Assembly: GCA_964276515.1 (NCBI GenBank)
Contig: OZ193909.1
Span: forward strand, 18,166,001-18,230,000
Direction of reading: 5' to 3'
Origin: Gordius albopunctatus
Taxonomy: Eukaryota
DNA length: 64,000 bases
Shown piece after piece: positions 13,801-27,500 of the stretch. A program made the position numbers and the translations under genes. The notes beneath the pieces were generated by a model. It was given only the letters and a program-made list of their open reading frames with translations. It was not told where the DNA came from and searched no databases. Each line of letters opens with the position of its first letter. The stretch's first letter is position 1.

Positions 13801-16800
13801 GCAATGTTTTACATGGATTTGTGGGGAGGCAAAGAGGGGCTGCTGCCCCCCCTCCCAGTAAATTAAAAACTGTTTATTTAATGATGTTATGGTTAAAATT
13901 AAAAAAAAATTGATTTGACCTTTCCTAAATGATTGCGCTGCTATATAATTTATATCCTGAAAACGCTCATTATGTTTTAGTTTATGTTTAAACTATTTCT
14001 CGTTTTTAAGAATTAATTTATTCATTTTTTATGTTGAATTTACTTTATTAACTCCTATCTCCCAACGTATATTTTTTGGCAAATTAATTATATAAACTTC
14101 TAAAAATAATATGGAAATCTAAAATTAAAAATTGATAAAATTAAAATATTCTTTGTTTTTAACTAAAACCCAATATAAGCTATTTGTTTTTCGAAATTTT
14201 CAAACTTTATTGCGGTCGTCCCATTATGTATAATGTTATCTTCTAACACAAAGAAAAACTTGCCTACTTTTAGAGGGGTTAGGTTTAGGCAGGCGCAACA
14301 TTATGTAAGTGCTTTAGCAGACGCAAAGTCTAGAGGAGAATAAGTTGCAGAGATTTATCGCTTTGGTTGGCCTCAATATTTTTTATAATGCAAAAACCAG
14401 CAACTTAGAGAGGCGCGTTTATTTAATAAACATGCTTTATATAAATACCCCATATTTTCCATAAGGGTTATTCATGGGCGTAGCCAGCTTTGGAATTAGA
14501 GGGGGGCAATAATGATTTAAGGAGGTTTAGGGAGGGGCAAAATGAACGTTTTTTGAAATTTTACCTATAATTTTAATAAATTTCAACAATTTTTTAGATT
14601 TAGAGGGGGGCAGCCGCCCCTCCCTTCCCCCCCCCCTTGGCTACGCCCATGGGGTTATTATAATAAAATAAAAGAGTATAATTTGGATCAGTGTGAAAAA
14701 AATGGAGATTGTGTAGTGTTTATAAGTTTTTTAAAAAGTATATGGCATATTTTTGCCGGTTTTTAAATTATTATTTTTTATGGAAATCAGCATTTTTTAT
14801 ATAATTGATAAAATAGAAAAAAAAAATTTTTTAATTAACTAATGTATGCGGAAGAAAAGATGTTTACTAGGGTTAATGAAAAAAAAACCAATTTTAAATT
14901 AAAAGACAAAAAAGGCGTTTAAAAACTAATCTTAAATATATGTGCTTTCTGATGCTTGCCAAAATGCAAACAGTTGTTTGATAAATTAATAGCCGAATCT
15001 AAGGTATAACTAGTGCAAAATTTACTTGATAAATTTCATGTTAAAATAATGTTTATTATTGGTTTTCATTTATTTTGAATTTGCCGCAGGAATTAATTAA
15101 TATTTGTCTATTCTTTGCTTTTTAAACGTTTTTCCTATTCCTTTATAATTTTATACAAAAAATTATGTAGAAGAAATTTTTTAGGATTTTTTAAAAGGGA
15201 TATAGAAATAATCCCAATGCTGACATAATGCAAACTTTATCAAATGATTCTATAGCCCTCCCATTATGGGATTTTGATATAGATCTTTGAGTGAGCTTTT
15301 GAAATAAGCTTTGACATTATTTAATTTGACGGGTCAACATGGGAGTAGGCAGCATTTGAATCAGAGGGGGGCAATAATGATTTAACGGCGGACAAAATGA
15401 CCATTTTTTGAATATTTCGCCATAATTTTAATAAATTTCAACATTGAATTTAGAGGAGCAGCCGCCCCTTCTCGCCCCCTCCTCCTTGGCTAAAGGAAAA
15501 TATGTTATAATTAAATTGATAGGTTTAGGATTTAATTCTATTAAAGAACACATAAAGAAAGTTATGAAAGACGTTAAAACTGTTATAAATCTATTTAATT
15601 AATTATAAATATGCCTTTTTCTATTAAGTTAATATTTATTTGCATAATATAAAAACCATATTTTTTCACATCACAAATTCTCTTTCAGCTGATCCAAATT
15701 CTTTCATATATTTCCTATTGCTAGGTACCAATTATTTAGCCAAATAAGTACTAAGCCAAAGCAACGCTTGGCTGGGCACAACTAGTTTGTATTAAAATAC
15801 AAATTTAAATTTTATTAGGGATTCCATAACGTAAAAAGTTGTTCAAAAGGGACATTCCCTACAAGGTCCACCACCAACTTTTTACTAAAATTATAAACAA
15901 GGTCAACTTTTTTTAATTTAGCCTTTACTATTAAAATCTAGGCTATTTTTCGGAAAATTTTTGCAATTTTTAAACCAAGTATATTCTGCTGTGTCAATAT
16001 TGTTAAAGTACCTTTATTTTACCTAAATATTTCTCCAAAAATTCATTTTCTTTAAAAACTTTACTATTGTAGAAAATTTATTTTATAATTTATTTTTTTA
16101 AATATTTTAGATGACGAAATCTCCAATTCGCCGCGGTACACGCAAAATGATGGACGATCCACAACGCCAAACAAACTCCTGGATGGGGCGTTGATGATTT
16201 CGTCACCGAGCGATCGCGACGTTTCGGGCGCTACGAGTTATTTAGACCGGATGACCACTTTCTGCAAATCAGCTGATGCAATGGCGTCATCGGCGAACGG
16301 AGATGACGTTGGTGATGACGTCATCATTAATGACGACGATGATTTGTCTAGCGAAGACGTCAATCAAATGACGTCATCCCCATCCTCACCCGTCAGTCAT
16401 TTTCAAGCCCGTCGCGCCCCTCACTCCCACGGATATCGTGGGCCGGGACTAGGTCGCGGTGCAAAACAACACCATAATCATCACCATTCGCTACATTCGC
16501 AACAACATCATTTCGGTCACCGCGACCATTTACACCATGGGGGAGGGGCGGGTGGATCAGCTGTTGGGGCTGGAGATAAAGTTACGCGGGTCAGAACGGT
16601 ACTAAACGAAAAACAGCTGCACACGCTGAGGAGTTGCTATAATGCGAACCCACGCCCGGATGCCTTGATGAAGGAACAACTCGTCGAAATGACGGGGCTT
16701 AGTCCCAGAGTCATAAGGGTTTGGTTCCAAAATAAGCGATGCAAGGATAAAAAACGACAAATCCTCATGAAACAAATCACTCAAGCACAAGAAAAAGTAA

Positions 16801-19336
16801 GCGTTCCTCCTCTTGTTTCAAGGAATATTCTTTTATTAAACTATACAATTTATGGAAAAAATATTTATTTTCTTAAATCTATTATTGGGAATATAAGAGG
16901 CTGTTAAAAATTATAGTCTTGAAATCAAAGATAGTTAGATGAGGTTGAATCGTTAATACATGACTTGGTTGAAATGTAGGTATATAATTTGTTTATAACA
17001 CCCTTAAATATTCCCGATATCCTTGAAAATATTCTTTACGGACGTCAAAATCTTGTGAAATCTTTTGTTTTTATCTAAACTTTAATTCCTCTATTGGAAA
17101 TGGAAATCGACGAAAGGACGAATATAATTTTATGATAAAAATGGGAAAAACTTTTCATTCGTTATTAACTTTAGGCCCCCCCCCCTTGAAATTTTATGGT
17201 AGTTTTTATGCAAAGATTTTGATCTTAGACCTAGTGATCATGTAAACAGCTCTATTAAAATTCATATCCATAATAAATACCTTTATTTATAATCGGTATT
17301 AACATATTGAGGGGGTAGCAGGGAGCCTTTGCCCCCCCCCCTCTTTCTCTTTAATTATTAAATTATAGCTATTTAAAATCTAGGTGAATCTTTGGCCATC
17401 TGAACTTGTTGCCACCTTAGAATCCCTCCCCGTCCCCGTGATCGAATTTTAAAATATATCGATTTCAATACAATTCACGGGCTCGTCTTTTATTGTCCGT
17501 CTGTCCCGTCCAACTTGTAATTTTTTAATAATTGCTGTGGAAACTTATACGGAATGAATGGGTGTAGACTTATGCCTCCGCAAAAGACTTTTATTTGGCT
17601 TTCGCTAATAGACAGACTAGCTAATGACCCAGGGTTGGCTTCAATTTTTTTGAGCCCGCCCGAGCTGAATTTCATTTTTGTTTTTGTTCCCAACGAATTA
17701 TCACCTTTTCATGTAAATCTTTTCGGCAACTTGTCGAAGTTGTTGCTTCCTACCGGATAATTGCGAAACTGGATAATTAATTCCCGGCAAATTATATCCT
17801 ATAGCTTATATGTATCCCCTAATACTTATATTTTGACGCACGAGAAATGAGAGATTAAAACGGGCTATTGCTAAATCAAAAATAAATAGCGAACACTTAA
17901 CTTTAATTTTGGTCAATATCCTTTGGGTTCGGCCCTTCCTGATATTCCAGCTTCCCCTAAATAAATGAGAGTTTAATAAGCTATTATATATATGCTAAAT
18001 TATAAATACCCTACTAAAAAAATCAATATTGCCTTGCTGATAGTAGCACCTCAGGTATGCTAAGTAAGTATACATTATATACTACTACCATGATTTAAAT
18101 AAATTTACGGGCAGTCCATTGCCATTTAATTCATGTTTAACGCATGTATGATGTACCTCTCTGGCAATAAAAACATAGAGATTTCCTCATGAGAGGGGTG
18201 GAAAAAAGGGAAAATCTGCTTTAAATCAAGGTCCGTCTGAACGGTTCTGGTTTAACTCTAATATGACCCAACGTCAAAATTGTCTGAATGTAATGAAAGG
18301 GGGGGGGGGTCCTTTTATAAATTCTAATTTACATACCAAGCCCACCTCTATGAACGTGTATATACTTGGGATTAGGCGAGTTCGTTGCAACAGAGTAGTG
18401 ACCAGAAGCTTTTAAAAGCCATTAAGTGGATAAGATTTATAGGGTGAGGCAATGGGGACAGTTGATTTTGTTAAAGAATGTTTTTCGGACCAAGATTTAT
18501 ATGGGGAAAGGAGCGTTTTTTGGCAGTGTTATGGGGGTGGTAGGCTTGTTCCTAATGCACTGTTCATTAATAATTAATCAGATTTTAGAGTGAAATATAT
18601 GGTTAAAAATACCCTCCATGGTCGGTTTAATATGTATAGACATGCATAGGTGTATATGCTAAATGGATTGGAGTTTTTAGTATTTGTATAATGATGGCCA
18701 ATAAATATGCTTAATTCTCTTCTATACATAAGGTCAACGCCTCAGTGTTGACAAATTGAAGTTAATGCATTACTGTAAAACCCATCATCAATATGATTTT
18801 AATGGGTCTTTTTTCCATGAAAGAGTTAATAAATAATTTTAAAATTATGTTAAAAAAATTTTTTTCTTTTATTTTACTTAAATTAATTTATTTTACATAT
18901 AAAATTTTCGAAATTGCTTAGGATTATGTATAAGAAGTAATATTAAAGTTTACAATTTGCTAATTTCTTATTTTTGAAAAACATATTTAGCATTATTTGG
19001 ATGTACTCATTATTGATGGAAACACTAATAAATAAATAAAATCAATTTTTATAAACAACGTAAAATTGCACAGCATTTGAGAATAGAAAAACTTAGCATA
19101 CCCTACAAAAAAACTGAGCAAAAGTAATAATAATTTATTCTCTTAAATGTTATCATTAGGGAATAGCTAATATGCACGGAATTCCAATGGTGGCATCTAG
19201 CCCAGTGCCGCACGAGCAGGGTCCATTCAGTAGCAATTACATGGAAATTCAAACTTATCATTCTCCTTGGAAAGCCCTAAATGATTTTGCGCTTCAAAAT
19301 GAAATAGAATCTCAGCCTTTTCAGCAATTAATTTAA
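10880..19336 (+). CDS. isl1: Islet/tailup LIM-homeodomain transcription factor (5' coding exon not located)
   Basis: GT-AG exons with matching phases: 10880-11123 (LIM1, CVGCG...WHGTCLKC...YCKRDY), 12702-13123 (LIM2, LFGIKC...VMRAR...YHTRCFSC), 16111-16796 (homeodomain [57 protein letters not shown]), 19160-19336 (Islet Lhx3-binding domain GIPMVASSP...[29 protein letters not shown]). Confidence 0.95.
11185..11343. mobile_element. MITE family A in islet intron
   Basis: Core plus right TIR CTGGCTACGCCCATG. Confidence 0.8.
14473..14651. mobile_element. MITE family A (reference copy)
   Basis: TIR CATGGGCGTAGCCA / TGGCTACGCCCATG with perfect 8-bp TSD GGGTTATT. Confidence 0.9.
15338..15492. mobile_element. 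MITE family A
   Basis: Left TIR plus core. Confidence 0.75.
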
Positions 19337-21567
19337 AAGTTTTTTTAAATTGTCTGAATTAGTTGGAGCATATAATATATGGTGGTATGTAAAAATAAGT
19401 TTATACGATTTTATTTATATTCGTTTGCAATATATATAATTTATTTATACATAAACTTTAGCAATCATCGTGTTAATTCGTGTAAAACATGTGAATTTCT
19501 ATATATATGACAATAAATTATATTTCTCCCCAACTTCATGCTTATATTTAGCATATTAATATAAAATAAAGTAATTAAGTTATTAAAAATTAATCATCTT
19601 TGTCGTAAATTAAATTTACAAACACTATTAAGAAACACGCCAAATTATAAACCTATAATTTGAGATATTCATTATGAAGTCTGTGATTTTTTATATTGAA
19701 AGACTACTTAATATATAAAAGTGTTTATAATTATACAATATTAGTTTTATTTTATAGTGGTAGGTATTTTTCAATGTTCATATTCATTTATTTATAAATC
19801 GCTTAACAACGTATAATTAGTTTTAAAGTTACTCTAGTGAGTATTTAGAACTTTTTTAAGCTTTGCAATCGCCACCTATAATATGTTTTGTTTATCAATT
19901 TTATTAACCAACTTACAACATTAATATACTAAAAATAAAAATATTAAGCATAAAAACAAATATATTCAGTAAAATAAACTTAGAATTCTTCTTAATCCTC
20001 AAATAAGTCTAAGTAATACTGTAAATTCAATTATTGTATGTTAGAGATCGGCCATTGTAAACTTAATTAAATTTGATAATTGGCTACTACATATTAAATA
20101 TGGCGGGCGACAAGCATTTAAAAAGGACGCTTATCTCGTCTATGTTCTTTAGATTTTGGAGAGAGGAAGCCGAGTAAATAAATATAAGATTTTAGAAAAT
20201 AATTACCCTTTTTTAGGTGAGGGCAAAAAATATAATTTATTTAATGTATTTAATCATCTTTCGGAACCAGTAATTGTAGATAGATAAATTTGGTAGAGCA
20301 TTTGGTTTCAGTTTTAGGCCGGATCTTTCAACAATAATATTAGCAAAATAGAGATATGGGTAATAATGCATTTTAATGAATTATTACCTTTTGACACACA
20401 AAATACTGTGTAGCCAAGACAGGATGTAGATTTACGTGCATTAATTGTGATTTCTAGTATTTTGAACTTAATATACATAATAGTGAATAAAATTAAGAAT
20501 TCGCTGTTTTGATCAAAGCGTATATTACCTTAAATCAAAATAAAAATCCATTAAGGTAATGTTAAAAAAAACATTATTTCTGCCTAGGTTGACACGCACC
20601 TTTCATTTAAAGCGAATTTTATTGCTTTGCCAAAATAAACATCCGAAGTGCAAAAAATATATATGTAAAAATCAGTATTATAACAGGAGTCCTTTTTTAT
20701 TTTTGGAGAATATATATCAATTAAACTATAAAATGGTTAGAAATTCGTTTCTCGTAAATATTTTACAATTCGAAACGACGTTGGTTAGAAAAATTAATAT
20801 GGCATTTTTGTAATTATATTAAATACAGTCCCTCCTATCTAACAATTATGTTTTTCCGATTTACCCTACATTACACAACATAAATTTCATTTTTAATTCC
20901 AAATAAATTCTTCCATTATTAAATATTCATACTTATAAAACAATTACACGTCAAATTAAAGAAATAAAAACATATTAATTTGACTCCATTTTTAACGAGG
21001 GAAAACAGTTAATTTACAGATTTGTCACCCTTATAATGTCATGAACCTCCCTTTAAATCTTCAAGTCCGAACTCCGGACACATTGTATATTGTAAAGCAG
21101 CGTTTTCACGGCCACTTAATTAAGGACAAAAAAGAAGGTTAGTATTAGTAGTATATATTTAAATGGGTACTTCAGGATTAATAAGTATTTTACGGTATTT
21201 TAATGGATAGCTTAGAATAATCGACAAGTGCAACAAAACACAAATAGATTCCTCTACATTTACCCTTCGTTATACAATTTTAAAGAGTAAGTATTAAAGG
21301 TAGAAATTCTTCGGGATTTTCTTTTATAATATCATCCTGCCCTCAAGTGGGCGAGGGTAAGGGACTCTAACTGTGGAAAAATCTCCAACAAATATTAGTA
21401 GAAGAGACCTGTTGAAAGGTCATGTATTTGTATCAATAACAAACAATCCTCTGGTAAAATAGACGGTGTGAAAATTGATGAAGCAACATCTCCTCTAGAA
21501 GTAGTGCAATGATGACTTTCAAGAAAGAATCACTTTTTTGGGTATATTTATTAGTTATAGAAAATAC

Positions 21568-21720
21568 CATGTGTGTAGCTTGGGGTGGCATGGCAGGGAG
21601 GGATCTCTAAATCTAAAATTTCTTTAAAAATTGACATAATTATTGCTAAATTTCAAAAAACCTCCATTGATCATTATTGCCGCCCCCCTCTAATTCCAAC
21701 CAATCTTGGGTAGGCCCATG
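21568..21720. mobile_element. MITE family A (inverted)
   Basis: TIRs with perfect 8-bp TSD GAAAATAC. Confidence 0.85.
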
Positions 21721-22246
21721 GAAAATACTCATTAAGAATGTGACTTCAAATATAAAAAGAAACTAAATATCATATTTTTAAAATTTATAATTTTTAATTA
21801 TAATAAACGGGATCCAATATCCCATTTATTACTATACAGAGGTAGCAGGAGATAAAAATAAATTTAAACAATTTATTATTTAATTATAGTATAGTTTGAA
21901 ACTAGGGGTGGGAATAATGATTTAAAAAGGGGGAAAAATAATATTTTTTTAACTAAGCCTTAAATTTATATCAAGATGGGGTCGATATGAAAATTATTCA
22001 ACGATAAATACAAACAATTGATTATATCAATAATACTAGTAAATTCGACATTTTTTTATATTAAAAAAACTATTGATAAATCGATCATGCATGTTAATGA
22101 TTTTTACTGTAAGGTAGGAGCACTTAACATATTAAAAAATCATAAATTTTAAGGACTAACCGTATTTATTCTTTTCATATACCCAGCTCGCAAACAAATT
22201 TAAAGATTCATTATTTTCAATAATTTTTACGTTATAATATAAAAAA

Positions 22247-22436
22247 AAATCCAATAGCTGTCTGTCACACTAAGATGGTCAGCTTCTTTAGATATTTGGA
22301 TAAGGGGTTATGCTCTGCTATCCAGGCCTGACAGCCATGGTGAAGATGTGATTTTTAAAATTTTTTGAAATAAGTGCCAGAGGCGGGATTGAACCTGCGA
22401 GCTCTTGCTTCAAAGACTAAACCTCTACCCACTTTC
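22247..22436 (-). mobile_element. tRNA-derived SINE
   Basis: tRNA-like head with B-box (GGTTCAATCCC) and body CTGTCAGGCCTGGATAG...GCTGACCA..TAGTGTGACA.ACAGCTA shared with two other copies. Confidence 0.7.
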
Positions 22437-23020
22437 TTTTTAGGTATTAAATATTATGATCCGATATATAGCAATAAACTAAAATTTAGTTTAAAAAAAT
22501 ACATTTATTTTATCGACATTGTGAAGATTTTTGTTTTTAGAGGAAAAATATGAAAGGTTTATTAGAGTTGAATATGGAATTATGATGATAATGTAGTGTC
22601 TAGAGATTAAAACTCTCTAAAAAAATTTAAAAAATAAGGGTCTATTTGACAATTTTATAAAAAAAAAATAGTTCGAATAAAACAAAAGTTAATTAAATTA
22701 AACTTATTTCTCTATCTTAGGAGGTAAGAGTTAATATTTATCGATTTATTTCATGATGGATGGATGGATCAAGTTAATAATCATATACTTTAGAAGATAA
22801 TAACAACCCCTTTCAGGAGTGCCTGCAATTAAATTAAGTTTAGTCCCATCGTGTTTGGTTTTTCCTAAATTTCAAGTAAAATTATTTAATAATTTTATAA
22901 GTATCAACTTAAGGAACAACTTAAGTTTTTTCTAAATTTCTGACCATTTACACACATTTATACAACAACTTCTTTTTCAATGTCAATTACACCACTATAA
23001 ATTTCTTTAAGACCAATGGA

Positions 23021-23797
23021 CCCGGTTCAACAAGAAAAAATAACCGATAAACTGTTAGCAGATTTCGGTAGAGTCTTTCGCAGTGAACAGGAATATATTA
23101 TTAATTTTTGCCTATACGCTTAGTTTTTGATTAATATTTGCTGTGAAAGTTGTTTAAAACAGCAATTTTGGCGTTTTCAACTTGAAAAACTTCCAAATTA
23201 ATCGGTAAAATTGTAATTAAATAAATGCGATTTATATAAATAAAGCGGAGAGGAATCCAATAAATCATTATTAATTTAATAAACATCCAAAAATTATCTA
23301 TTAGAACATTATAACTTTGCTTTTACTACAAAAATCTAATTGATTTTGCAACGGGCTTGTGGCCGGCCTTACATATATCCAGGCCAGACCCGAGCCCGTT
23401 AGTTTATATTACGGCCCGCTTTATTTTAAGAGAGAAACGTCAGTATTAGTAGATAAACAACATGCTTTTCATTCCTAGTAAAAGAGAAGGGATGGCGCCT
23501 TTGAGTTTGGGGCAGAAATAAGATAATTTTGAATATATATCAAAAATTAAGCTAGGGTAAAAGAAATTTAATGGATTTATACCCTTAATTTATAAATAAA
23601 ATTCATCAAACTAAAATTTTACCGATTAAAAACGCTAAAATCGCTGTTTTTAAACAACTTTGACAGCAAATATTTCAAAAACTTGACGTTAGGGAAATAA
23701 CAAAAAATATATATGTGTTCACATTAAAAAACTCTACTAGAATCTGCAAACAGTTTGCCGATTTATTTTATAAGTCCATTATTTGTTGAGCAGTGTT
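23021..23797. mobile_element. Long-TIR (Tc1/mariner-like) MITE, diverged
   Basis: 23040-23215 and 23614-23762 are degenerate inverted repeats. The right end reads ACACTGCTCAACAAATAA on the minus strand. Confidence 0.55.
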
Positions 23798-24528
23798 ATT
23801 AAAGGCAATTAATTTATTGCTAAAATAGAAGTTAATATGTTTCTCAAAGAAAGCTCAACTAATTTTTTTCGTATAGTTATAGAGTTTGATTTTAAAATTT
23901 AATTTTCACGTATTTTAATGACTTAAAAAATATTACATTATTTGCCGAATTTTAAGCCAATTTTTCAAAATAAACAAAATTTTAAATTTGTGATGAAACC
24001 AAGATTTTTTCTAACATGGCATCCATGTTGCCACAGATTGAACCTAAGCAACTTAGAAATATGCTCCACTTCCAATGATAAAAGCAAAATTCTGATAAAG
24101 CAAAATATTTATTTTTATTTTTTTACAAATCATTACCAAATTTAAATTCTGTAAAAAAGTAATATGTTTAAAACAAAATTATTTGATATAAAATCAAGAG
24201 ACGGAGCCGCATATAAGGATCCTAATATATAATCAGTGATCCTTGCATTTATTTAGCTTACAAAAAATTGTACATTTAATAGGTAATATAAAACTACATC
24301 TTTATTTATAAATAATATTTTTATCCTCCCTAATAAAGAAATAAAGCATTAGACTTCAGTTTAAAAAGAATTTATTAAAAATTCAGCGACAATAAATAAA
24401 ACATTTCACGAAATTTGCGATAAAGTATGATTGTATAAAATCCTTAAAGGAATTGATATTGCATTGATTGATAATTTTCAGAGTATATATGTTTCTAACA
24501 CCGGACAAATCAATTGTTTTGATATTAG

Positions 24529-27500
24529 TTATAGGCCATTATTTATTTTTTGAGGCAGTGGATCGCGTGTCGCTTCTTGTAGGAACTTAACGCTTTCGCC
24601 GCATCCAAATTTCTTTGCCTAGAAAAATATGATATTTCACATATAAGCACATATACAGTTTAGTCAATGAATTTTATTAATAATAATTCCCTAAAAATTG
24701 ATAATAACCCTACTTTTTGATTATATTTTGAAGATAATAATAACCCCATTTAGGAGTGCCGCAATTAGCTTAATAGTTTACTCTAATTAGCGCCATCTAT
24801 GGGCAATTTTAATTATAGACCAATTTAACTAGGATGTGACTCGAAAATGATAAGAGGCATATAAGGTTTTAGAAATCTAATTATATCCATATTGGATTTA
24901 AATAAAGCATTGTGTTAAGTACGATATCAAAACTTTGGAAAAGAACGACGATTATACATATTTTTCATTATTCGTCTTAATATTTTTAAATGGAATGCTT
25001 AATGCAAAATTTATAATATTATATATTACAAAAAATGTTAAAAATTCAAGATTACTATAGAGAGTGGCGTTTGCATCTCGTAATTTCGCAAAGTCATATC
25101 TGCACCAGCTGCGTGCCAAGCTTTCAATGTCTCTAGGTCATTTCGGACCGCAGCCCTATACAAATTAAACATACAACCGCAGTGAAAATTCTATGCTAAA
25201 ATCAGCGCGTTACCTTTATTATACAAGAGGAAAAAACTAAAAATAACCAAAGGAAATTAAAGCTAAAATTTGAAGGGAATTATAGCCAGTTTCGCAATTA
25301 TCAGTTATAAAGCAACAAACTAGACATGCTGGCAAAATAAATTTACAAACGAAAATAAGCAACAAAAATAAATGGCATTTAACGAGGATTTTGCCCTCGG
25401 GCCAGGGTCACACAAATTAGAGGTAAGGAACTGTCATTCATAATCAATTTGCAGGGAATTATTTAGCCAGTTTCACAATATCCGCTCTTAAGCAACAACC
25501 TAGACAAGTTGGCACAGAAATTTATGTATAAAGATTATCAGTCGGACTCAAAAACGGAAATGGACTTTGGGCTCGAGCGAGGTCGGAAAAATTGAAGCCA
25601 AGCGGTCATTAGCTAGTATTTATGCGAAAACTATATAAAAGTTTTTTTCAAAAACATAAGTTTCCACGGCCCTTAAAGCCCGTTATAAGTTTCCAAGGCG
25701 ATTATTAAAAACTAAGGTGACAGAACAAGACAGACTGGACGGAGGGACAACGAAAAAGGAGCCAATAAAGTGCACATCAATTAATAAAAGGCGTTTAAAG
25801 CACTTTAAAAATAAAATAAAGAAGGATATAACTTGGGGAAAAACTCATTAAAAATTATGTGAAAATAAAATCACTGGCAGAGATGTTCCCCTATATCGGC
25901 CGGGGGCAGTATCACGTGGGCTCCGGCGTTGACCAATGATTGTATGACGGGGAAGTGCTTGAATTGTATGGCGTTGAACAGCGGGGTAAAGTTGAACCTG
26001 AAAAGAGCGCAAAAAGCAAGAGTAAAACGATATTTGTCCCTTGAAAAAGTGAGAAATATGTGAAAAATGCGAAATTGCTGTATATGATACATTTCATGAA
26101 ATACCTCTTTAAACGATTTGTAGTTGTGTAGTGTTGCAAAAACGTCTGAGATTGGGTTTTAGTAGGCGACTAAACAACATAAAGAAACCAAAGGTTTGAC
26201 CAAAAAATCTTTGGTCATCTATGCTAGTAAGAAAAACAAGGCCGAAACTCCAGGCGTTTTTACAACACTAATTCGTAGATTGCTAACTTTCTTCAAACTC
26301 CAGACGCGAGCAGCACGCACACTGAGTTGCTTAATATGCGCGTTAGCACAATATGTGCTCGCTGTTCGGAGCACTAGGAAGAGCATTAGCATATAAAAAT
26401 GCTCGAGGGCCGAGCAGAAACTCGAGCAGATGGTAGCTGGAGTTGAAGAAATTTAGCAATATAACAACTCTAGTAGTAGGCAGCTCTTCTGAATAACAAA
26501 TCTTATTTTTAAAATATAAAAGTTTTACACTTGAAGTCATCAATATAATAAATATAAATTACACTTTCAAATTATTTGTATAACGATAAAATCCAACGCT
26601 AGTAATAATATCGGCTATTGACAAAGAAGACGAAATTCAAAAAAGTTAGTAGAGATTCGCCCTTTTACATATCTCTCAGCATGCCCCTAAAATAAATGTA
26701 ACAAATAAATGAGAATTTGTTTTTTTGTTATTGAATTTCTATACGAGTTTTTAAAGGAGTTAAATTTATTGTTACAAAATAATTAAATATATGTCCAAAT
26801 GGCATTAAATAATATTTAAGGAGCCTATAAAACGATAATGAGTAATTAATGAATGTCAAATTATAATAATTTTAAGCAAAATGCCTGAAATATAGTTTGA
26901 AATTATAAACAAACAAGTTAAACATTCAAAAATAATCAGCTTCGGCCCAAATATAAAAAAGGATTCTAGTCTCAAGCCGAGGTCGAACAAATTAATTGTC
27001 CGTTATAAAATACCAAGTTGAACAAGTTTCAAAATTGATCAATCGAGTTTTACGAAGGTAAGGAGTTGAGGCACAAAAATAAAAAGGCAATTTGGGGGTT
27101 CATGCGAGGTCAGAAAAATTAAAGTCAACTAACAACGGTCATTAGCTAGTTTTTATTTGTAGACAAAAATGTTTTTCCAAAATTAGAAAATTTTTATTGT
27201 AAATCCGGGGAAAACCTGCTCGTTTTTCCCGAGCTTATAACTTTCGCAGCAATTAATACAAATGTGCCAAGGTTAAAGGGTTTCTTTAATTAGGAATAGT
27301 CATTGGGGGGGGGGCAATAGTGGGTTAGGGAGGGGCAAAATGACCATTTTCTAGCATTTTAGCCATGTAATTTTAATAAATTGTAACAAAACTTTGGATT
27401 TAGAGGGGGCAGCTGGCCCACTCTGCCCTCCCCCCTGCGACTATGCCCATGAAAATAGTAGAGCTTCGAGGGAGTTTATTTTCCATTATACGGAGAAGTC

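Noticed and set aside
21041..21530. Possible small gene (ATG...GAAG|GTTAGT) between islet and ASPG
   Set aside because: Downstream candidate exons hit stops in all tested joins and no recognisable homology; probably a decayed element.
26196..26543. Repeated short ORFs (also 39470-39827, 55787-55981)
   Set aside because: Translations of the non-coding MITE B.
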